DNA of 44,683 nt from a virus, in UHGV virus genome UHGV-0176991; one strand, written 5' to 3'. This document shows, one piece after another, positions 43,971-44,683 of this stretch. A program made the position numbers and the translations under genes. A model generated the notes under the pieces. The model was given only the letters and a program-made list of their open reading frames with translations. It searched no databases and had not been told where the DNA came from. Each line of letters starts with the position of its first letter. Position 1 is the stretch's first letter.

Positions 43971-44258
43971 TTAACTATAATAGTGTGCTATTAGGGTGTC
44001 AACCTGTTTAAACGAACCAACGACAAAAACATTTGCACCGCGTTTACGCATCCGCTCGTGCTCTCGTAACTGGTGCGGGTCTGGCTTCGTGTTTTCGTCT
44101 TTCTTAACCTCAACGAACCAGACGATGCCGCCGGGGAGAATTACCAGCAGGTCGGGGGCGCCGGAACGCCCCTCGTAGGAAAGTTTACGAACGAGGCCAC
44201 CGAGGGCCTCGAATCTGTCTTTTGCGTATTTCTGTACGCGGCCCTCAGGCGTACTCAT
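43971..44258 (-). CDS. VRR-NUC domain nuclease
   Basis: GAPDLLVILPGG...VWFVEVKK PD-(D/E)XK core. Confidence 0.65.
   Translation of the reverse strand: MSTPEGRVQKYAKDRFEALGGLVRKLSYEGRSGAPDLLVILPGGIVWFVEVKKDENTKPDPHQLREHERMRKRGANVFVVGSFKQVDTLIAHYYS
43974..44002 (-). promoter_or_regulatory. sigma70-type promoter (minus strand) TTGACA-17-TATAGT
   Basis: Reverse complement TTGACAccctaatagcacactatTATAGT. Confidence 0.5.
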
Positions 44259-44339
44259 CTATACACCCCTCTCGTTTTGTATGCTCAATTCCACAGCGCG
44301 GGCAGATTCGACAGTCTTCTTCATAAAACCAATAAATTT

Positions 44340-44471
44340 TCATTCCAGCACCCACAGATAAATTGCTACTAACATACACAATACGGCGACCATCATGCCG
44401 TATTGGCCCTCGTGACAGTAGACACCGGCAGCAAATCCAGCCATTACCGCGATAATCAGTTTACTTGGCAT
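44340..44471 (-). CDS. hypothetical small hydrophobic protein (43 aa)
   Basis: Hand translation MPSKLIIAVMAGFAAGVYCHEG...; low confidence. Confidence 0.25.
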   Translation of the reverse strand: MPSKLIIAVMAGFAAGVYCHEGQYGMMVAVLCMLVAIYLWVLE

Positions 44472-44683
44472 AACGTTTTAACTCCTGTCCTTCCGCCACA
44501 AGAGGGAACCCCTCCGCCCATTCCGGTAATTCGCACATCAACCGCTCAAGCTCAGCCACATTGTATTCTGGCGCATCTGGGGTTTCACATACCAGTTCAT
44601 CGTGCACAGAAAGCACGATGTGATACCCGCCACGCTCAACGTTAATCATCGCATACGCAAGTAAATCACGGCACAGCGCCTGA
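44461..44683 (-). CDS. DNA polymerase family A, C-terminal segment (motif C); continuation of the gene at 1..2876
   Basis: YHIVLSVHDELV motif C; frame open to window end; joins codon-exactly with the ORF leaving position 1 (junction codon GTT). Confidence 0.85.
   Translation of the reverse strand, partial: QALCRDLLAYAMINVERGGYHIVLSVHDELVCETPDAPEYNVAELERLMCELPEWAEGFPLVAEGQELKRYAK

Noticed and set aside
1-44683. tRNA or rRNA genes
   Set aside because: No cloverleaf-compatible sequences with T-loop consensus (GGTTCGAATCC-like) were seen in intergenic regions by eye; a tRNA scanner should confirm.

Overview
This window reads as a complete, circularly permuted genome (about 44.7 kb) of a virulent tailed dsDNA phage with siphovirus-type tail genes; no integrase was found. 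All calls rest on reading the sequence and the supplied ORF translations by eye; no BLAST, HMM or folding was run, so family assignments are motif-level recognitions. Layout: (1) an early/replication block on the minus strand running from about 10203 down through position 1 and across the window junction to 41021, containing a family A DNA polymerase that wraps the junction (44461..44683 plus 1..2876; absent from the ORF track because it has no in-window stop), a T7 gp2.5-like SSB, a Cas4-like PD-(D/E)XK exonuclease, a primase-helicase, a VRR-NUC nuclease, a C5-cytosine methyltransferase and an SNF2-family helicase; (2) a plus-strand middle/late block from 10745 to 40982 with holin-endolysin, small zinc-ribbon proteins, terminase, portal, head and tail genes, tape measure and tail spike; (3) three reverse-oriented insertions inside the structural block (19703..19912; 28603..30961; 34189..34839). 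The most notable observations are an intein in polymerase motif B that carries a complete HNH endonuclease gene in a different reading frame, a methyltransferase whose conserved motifs are split across two overlapping open frames, and a minus-strand accessory cassette (superinfection-immunity-like membrane protein, HTH-fused metallophosphoesterase, DUF3310-like protein, HNH endonuclease) with its own sigma70-type promoter inside the tail module. Host-type promoters with two recurring consensus forms and a family of GC-rich intrinsic terminators are visible throughout.
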